Assembly: GCA_963978305.1 (NCBI GenBank)
Contig: CAXBRM010000001.1
Location: forward strand, 1 to 49,830
Reading direction: 5' to 3'
Source: an uncultured Rhodospirillales bacterium
Lineage (GTDB): Bacteria > Pseudomonadota > Alphaproteobacteria > UBA7985
DNA length: 49,830 nt
Positions 45,812 to 49,830 of the stretch are shown here, piece by piece; position 1 is the stretch's first letter; each line of letters starts with the position of its first letter. Made by a program: the position numbers and the translations under genes. Below the pieces are notes generated by a model. That model was not told where the DNA came from. It saw only the letters and a program-made list of their open reading frames with translations, and searched no databases.

Positions 45812-46912
45812 ATGTTCTTCGCTTCCCCTCTCTGGTCTTTCGTCTGTCGTCGCGATGCATTTCGACGCTCTGTTTTGATGGTTGCTGGTGCTGCCCTGGT
45901 CGCTACTTTGGCTCCAACGGCGTATTCGCAAGCGACTGATTCGGTGTTTTCGACTGAAAATCTGGCAGCAGAAGTTACCGAAGCCCTGTCCCAAAAGCCT
46001 ATCACGATTGCTTCAGGACCAGCAGGCAGCATGAGCTATTTGACAGCCGGCATGCTGTGCGAAGTCATGATCCGTGCGCTGTTTACCGATGCGCCGCGGT
46101 GCTATGTCGAACCAACGACCGGGAGTGCGATGAACTTGGCGCTCCTGTTTTCTTCTGAGGCAGATTTTGCCCTTATTCAGAGTGATCGTGAGCATTTTGC
46201 GTTCAGTCGGATTGGGCCGTACGAGGGCGTTGAGGTCGCTGATGGGCTTCGTCGCGTCGCTGCCATCGCTGGTTTGCCCATACAAGCGGTCGTTAAGGCC
46301 CAGACGGGGATTGAGGAAATCGCTGCTTTAAAGGACCTGCGTATTGGTTTGGGCGAAGAGGGGTCAACCCAACGCCTGATTGGCCGTGTGGTACTGTCAA
46401 CCGGCGGTGTTCAGGAGCGCGAGTTGGGGTTTATCAGTGCGCAACGGCCTGATGAACAGTTAAGTGAGTTTTGCAGCAATGAACTCGATGCAATCATTTT
46501 GGCGACCACAGCGCCATCGCCTCTGGTTACAGAAGCTTTAGAGCGCTGCAATGGCAAGCTTTTGCCGTTGGACTCAGATGCATTCTCTGCGTTGACCGAT
46601 GAAAACAATTATTTGGTGCCGTTAGAATTGCCCGCCTTGACATACCCCAACCAGCCCGAAAGCGTTTCGAGTTTTGGTTATGTCGTGAGTCTTGTTGCTA
46701 TGGACGGTCGCCGCGACGCGTTAATTAGCACGCTGGCGGCCGAGTTGCCGTTGGTCTATGGCAGTTTATCAAGCCGTTTCGACGGTTTTGGTTTGGTGCC
46801 TGAGGACAAGCTGTTCGATTTGGGTAAAACAGCGACCTTGCATAGTGGTGTTCAAGCCTACTTAGGCCAATTTGGCGACACCCCAAATAGTGATGAAGCT
46901 GACGACTTATAG
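45812..46912 (+). CDS. TAXI-family TRAP-type solute-binding protein (orphan)
   Basis: Contains ITIASGPAGSMSYLTAGMLCEVM...EPTTGSAMNLALLFSSEADFALIQSD, like TAXI receptors. The N-terminus carries RRDAFRRSVLMVAGAALVATLAPTAYSQA, a Tat-like signal. The track start 45767 is a TTG; ATG 45812 has AAAGG upstream. Confidence 0.7.
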   Translation: MFFASPLWSFVCRRDAFRRSVLMVAGAALVATLAPTAYSQATDSVFSTENLAAEVTEALSQKPITIASGPAGSMSYLTAGMLCEVMIRALFTDAPRCYVEPTTGSAMNLALLFSSEADFALIQSDREHFAFSRIGPYEGVEVADGLRRVAAIAGLPIQAVVKAQTGIEEIAALKDLRIGLGEEGSTQRLIGRVVLSTGGVQERELGFISAQRPDEQLSEFCSNELDAIILATTAPSPLVTEALERCNGKLLPLDSDAFSALTDENNYLVPLELPALTYPNQPESVSSFGYVVSLVAMDGRRDALISTLAAELPLVYGSLSSRFDGFGLVPEDKLFDLGKTATLHSGVQAYLGQFGDTPNSDEADDL

Positions 46913-46988
46913 TTCATTGTGGTCGAAATGACCGTAGGCTTAGCGTTTCTCTGTTCTTGAATAACGGGCGTCAATCCGCGATGGTCTT

Positions 46989-48407
46989 TTATGAAAAGAC
47001 TTTGCCAGGGTTCAGAATACCCAGTGGGTCGAGTGCGCCTTTCAGCGTCTTCATGACACTGAGCGTGTCAGCATCGAGCCTTAAGGGAAGCTCTTCTCGC
47101 TTCTGACTGCCAATGCCATGTTCCGCGCTGAAACTGCCACCTAAATCGTGAACGAGATCGTGGATCGCCCGATTGAACAATATTGTATATTCGAAAAAAC
47201 GTTCACTAGACCAGCCAGCCGGTGCGGTAATGTTGAAGTGTAAATTGCCATCTCCGGCATGGCCAAATGGCGCAGGCTGGCAGCCTGGTAGTACTTCGGT
47301 TGCTTTTAGCATTCCCTGTTCAAACAAGTCGGGGATTGCGCTTAAAGGCACGCTTACGTCGTGTTTGATGCTTGGACCTGCGTGCTTCTGGCAAAGCACA
47401 ACCTCTTCGCGAATAAGCCAAAGCGCGTCACGCTCTGCCTCGCTTTGTGCAATCACAACATCGCGAACGCTTGCCATATCTTCGCTGAGACGCACAAGGC
47501 TCGCGTAGATTGTCTCTGTTTGCTGATCGACGGCGCCAAACAAACTGATCTCGCCGATAATTGTAAACGCAGGGCAGGCGAAGGGCAAACGGGCAATTGT
47601 GCTGTGATGCTCGACGGCCTTTAGCGCTGGCTGACTGATTATTTCAAAACTTGTGACTTGGTCTCCAACTGTTGAGCGCAGGACATGTAAAACCGTCATG
47701 GCGTCTTTGGGGTTGTCGATGGCGATCGCAAAAGTGACGTGGCCGTGCGGTTTTGGATAAAGTTGAAGCGCTGCGCCGGTAATAATGCCAAGTGTGCCCT
47801 CGCTGCCGATGAATAACTGGCGGATATCCATCCCACGGTTGTCTTTGCGCAGACCCGACAAATTTGATACCACTCTCCCGTCGGCCAAGACAGCTTCGAT
47901 CCCCAAACATTGAGACCGAATGTTGCCATACCGCAAGACATTGATACCGCCAGCATTGGTCGACAGATTGCCGCCAATCTGACAACTCCCTTTGGCACCC
48001 AAGGAGAGCGGAAACAAAAAACCGGCGTCATCGGCAGTCTCTTTGATCGATTGTAAAATACAGCCGGCATCGACACAGACTGTCGCGTTCGTCGGGTCGA
48101 TAAAGCGAATCTTGTTCATGTGTTTAAGGTTGAGGACAACTTCATCGCCAACAAGCGGGATTGACCCCAGCACGAGTCCAGTATTGCCCCCCTGTGGCGT
48201 TATGCTGACGCGGTGCTTCGTTGCGAGCCGGAGCGCGGCCTGGACCATGGTCGTCGTGCGTGGCAGCAAGACAGCCGGGGTTTCAGTCCGTTTCAGTCCG
48301 CGCCAGTCAGCACAGTAAGGTGCTGTGTCAACAGGGTTCGTCAGAATGTCTGTCGGATCAAATCCAGCGGCGTTCAGATCTGAGAGGTAAGCGGCAATTT
48401 TTGACAT
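46989..48407 (-). CDS. FAD-linked oxidase (GlcD / D-2-hydroxyacid dehydrogenase family)
   Basis: 472 aa with an FAD_binding_4-type N-terminus (VLLPRTTTMVQAALRLATKHRVSITPQGGNTGLVLGS) and a C-terminal FAD-oxidase domain ending GSFSAEHGIG...LDPLGILNPGK. Confidence 0.85.
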   Translation of the reverse strand: MSKIAAYLSDLNAAGFDPTDILTNPVDTAPYCADWRGLKRTETPAVLLPRTTTMVQAALRLATKHRVSITPQGGNTGLVLGSIPLVGDEVVLNLKHMNKIRFIDPTNATVCVDAGCILQSIKETADDAGFLFPLSLGAKGSCQIGGNLSTNAGGINVLRYGNIRSQCLGIEAVLADGRVVSNLSGLRKDNRGMDIRQLFIGSEGTLGIITGAALQLYPKPHGHVTFAIAIDNPKDAMTVLHVLRSTVGDQVTSFEIISQPALKAVEHHSTIARLPFACPAFTIIGEISLFGAVDQQTETIYASLVRLSEDMASVRDVVIAQSEAERDALWLIREEVVLCQKHAGPSIKHDVSVPLSAIPDLFEQGMLKATEVLPGCQPAPFGHAGDGNLHFNITAPAGWSSERFFEYTILFNRAIHDLVHDLGGSFSAEHGIGSQKREELPLRLDADTLSVMKTLKGALDPLGILNPGKVFS

Positions 48408-49363
48408 CAGCGATTGGCAGAAGCTCGTGCAAGGCGATCATTGATAGCACGCCCTAATCCATGACTCGGGATCGGCGCAACACAGATTTTCTTGACACCG
48501 GGGCGCGTGTCAAGCTCAGCCAGCATCGCGAATAAATTGGCCGCTGCTTCGACGAGGTCGCCCGAGGCACTGAGGTTTAGGTCACCCTGAGAATTGTGAA
48601 AACCAAGCCAGGCGACCTCAGCATCGGTTTTTGCTGTCCAAGAAACGTCGGTTTCAATCTGAGCGTTCGGCGCATAGTGGCTTGCCAGCTGGCCGGGCGC
48701 CTTGATGCGTTCAGGCGTCAGGCTGTCGCTTAAAAATCCCAGTATTTCTGCCAATGTCTCTTTGGCCAAACCGCCATGCCTGAGAATACAAGGCGGTTCA
48801 ATACTGCAATCAAGAATCGTGCTTTCGACGCCGACAGGGCAAGGGCCGCCATCCAGCACGATATCGATGTGCGCGCCGAGGCTGCTCATAACATGCCCTG
48901 CTGTCGTTGGGCTGAGCTTGCCAGAAGGGTTCGCTGACGGTGCTACCAAACCACCAGGGAAGGCAGCCAAAAGTTTGTCAACGGGTGTAATTAACCTTGG
49001 CACACGGACCGCTAAAGTGCTTGCGCCGTCTCGTGCCAATGACGATACCGAGCAATCTCGCTTAATGGGCGCAACGATTGTGAGCGGGCCTGGCCAGAAT
49101 TTCTGCGCTGCCAGCATTGCCTTTGGTGACAAATCGACTTGGGCCACGACATCGCTTAAGGAGGCAAAGTGCGCGATCAGTGGGTTAAAGTGTGGCCGCC
49201 CTTTGACAGCAAATATTTTTGCCACTGCGGTATCATTCATCGCATCAGCAGCAAGACCGTATACCGTCTCTGTTGGCAACGCGACCAGCCCACCTGCGTT
49301 CAAACATTCTTGCGCGCGGATGATGTCATCGTGTGGTATCAGGGGTGTGGTTTGGCGGCTCAA
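48407..49363 (-). CDS. tsaC: L-threonylcarbamoyladenylate synthase (Sua5/TsaC, YrdC plus Sua5 domains)
   Basis: Contains VALPTETVYGLAADA, FAVKGRPHFNPLIAH, APSANPSG, and a ~100-aa C-terminal Sua5 domain. Its TGA overlaps the downstream ATG by 1 nt. Confidence 0.9.
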   Translation of the reverse strand: MSRQTTPLIPHDDIIRAQECLNAGGLVALPTETVYGLAADAMNDTAVAKIFAVKGRPHFNPLIAHFASLSDVVAQVDLSPKAMLAAQKFWPGPLTIVAPIKRDCSVSSLARDGASTLAVRVPRLITPVDKLLAAFPGGLVAPSANPSGKLSPTTAGHVMSSLGAHIDIVLDGGPCPVGVESTILDCSIEPPCILRHGGLAKETLAEILGFLSDSLTPERIKAPGQLASHYAPNAQIETDVSWTAKTDAEVAWLGFHNSQGDLNLSASGDLVEAAANLFAMLAELDTRPGVKKICVAPIPSHGLGRAINDRLARASANR

Positions 49364-49380
49364 TTGTGCTTTCAGGGCGG

Positions 49381-49830
49381 TTATGACTGGCTGATGCGCT
49401 GTAAATGGAAATTCACTTCCCGTCCTTTAATCCACCATGTCATTTGGATTGGCAAGAAAAGACCGGTTTGGTTATGCGGTGCCAACCAGGCATCAATTTG
49501 GGAAATGCCCAATACTCTGTCGTTCAGGCTTTCCGCCCTACCGCGGCAGTGCAGGGTCGAACCCCCAAAACGTTGTCGATTGTTCCGTTGAACAGTTGCA
49601 TTCCCTAATGTTGTCAACGTCAAGCTTGCCAGATCCTTACCATCGTAAAACACTCTCAAGCCGTCACAGCGACCAGTTTGTGTGGCGTTCCACAGCATTT
49701 GACCAAGTGCAGCCATGATGTCGGCTGAGCCTTGAGCTTCCGGTGGTATCTCAAACTGCTGCGTCTGGCTTCCGCCGGCTTGGGCCGTTACACGACCGTT
49801 GCTGATTGTTCTTGAACGATCCTGGACTTT
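49381..49830 (-). CDS. Hypothetical protein, C-terminal part (the open frame continues past the right edge)
   Basis: The frame is open from the window edge to the stop at 49381. The translation is ...ISNGRVTAQAGGSQTQQFEIPPEAQGSADIMAALGQML...AWLAPHNQTGLFLPIQMTWWIKGREVNFHLQRISQS. It looks beta-rich and I recognise no family. It is on the same strand, 17 nt upstream of tsaC. Confidence 0.35.
   Translation of the reverse strand, partial: KVQDRSRTISNGRVTAQAGGSQTQQFEIPPEAQGSADIMAALGQMLWNATQTGRCDGLRVFYDGKDLASLTLTTLGNATVQRNNRQRFGGSTLHCRGRAESLNDRVLGISQIDAWLAPHNQTGLFLPIQMTWWIKGREVNFHLQRISQS

Noticed and set aside
48281-48300. An exact tandem duplication of a 10-mer (TTTCAGTCCG x2) inside the FAD-linked oxidase gene.
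   Set aside because: There are only two units, and it reads through in frame as part of a normal-looking N-terminal region (GLKRTETP). That is too short to argue for slipped-strand phase variation.
1-49830. A search by eye for rRNA, tRNA, CRISPR repeats, IS or transposase genes, integrases, toxin-antitoxin pairs and known defence genes.
   Set aside because: None was recognised. Every intergenic gap over 100 bp was read, and only the elements listed above were seen. A tRNAscan, Infernal or defence-finder run is still needed to exclude small RNAs.

Overview
This window is about 50 kb of mostly housekeeping chromosome. Gene content and synteny suggest an alphaproteobacterium, possibly marine, but that assignment is inference only. 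The supporting features are the phoR-pstS-pstC-pstA-pstB-phoU order, a class II DAHP synthase, soxBDAG, bolA-grxD and a beta-oxidation operon with an inverted-domain FadB. Hand counts of 60-nt lines put bulk GC at roughly 50-60%. I call about 43 protein genes, one 5'-truncated ABC ATPase pseudogene, one small gene remnant, several intrinsic terminators and one local repeat family. By eye I recognised no rRNA, tRNA, CRISPR array, transposase, integrase or phage genes.

Gene blocks, left to right:
- Pho regulon transporter, with unusually long PstC and PstA.
- fadD-fadA-fadB'-acyl-CoA dehydrogenase.
- DAHP synthase.
- gltX-cysS.
- cimA, an enolase-superfamily gene and a TrmJ-like/ABM fusion.
- rpsD.
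- Pyruvate carboxylase.
- The ABC ATPase remnant.
- sfsA-map-radC.
- Sarcosine oxidase soxBDAG.
- purB.
- A small accessory-looking islet at 38.25-42.1 kb.
- A divergent PurC-like gene, then bolA-grxD-nadK.
- A small hypothetical gene plus an N6-adenine-type methyltransferase.
- An orphan TAXI solute-binding protein.
- An FAD-linked oxidase and Sua5/TsaC.

The best candidate for something undescribed is the islet. A membrane-anchored LytTR one-component regulator lies divergent from tandem secreted DUF2141 paralogues. A perfect 10-bp direct repeat at 21-bp phasing sits in front of the first paralogue. The islet also holds a decayed third copy and a duplicated 3' hairpin element with structure-preserving substitutions.

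Other points worth a second look are an abrupt GC drop over pstB-phoU, the TrmJ-ABM fusion, the Walker-A-less ABC ATPase and the degenerate PurC paralogue. Most of the window is ordinary.
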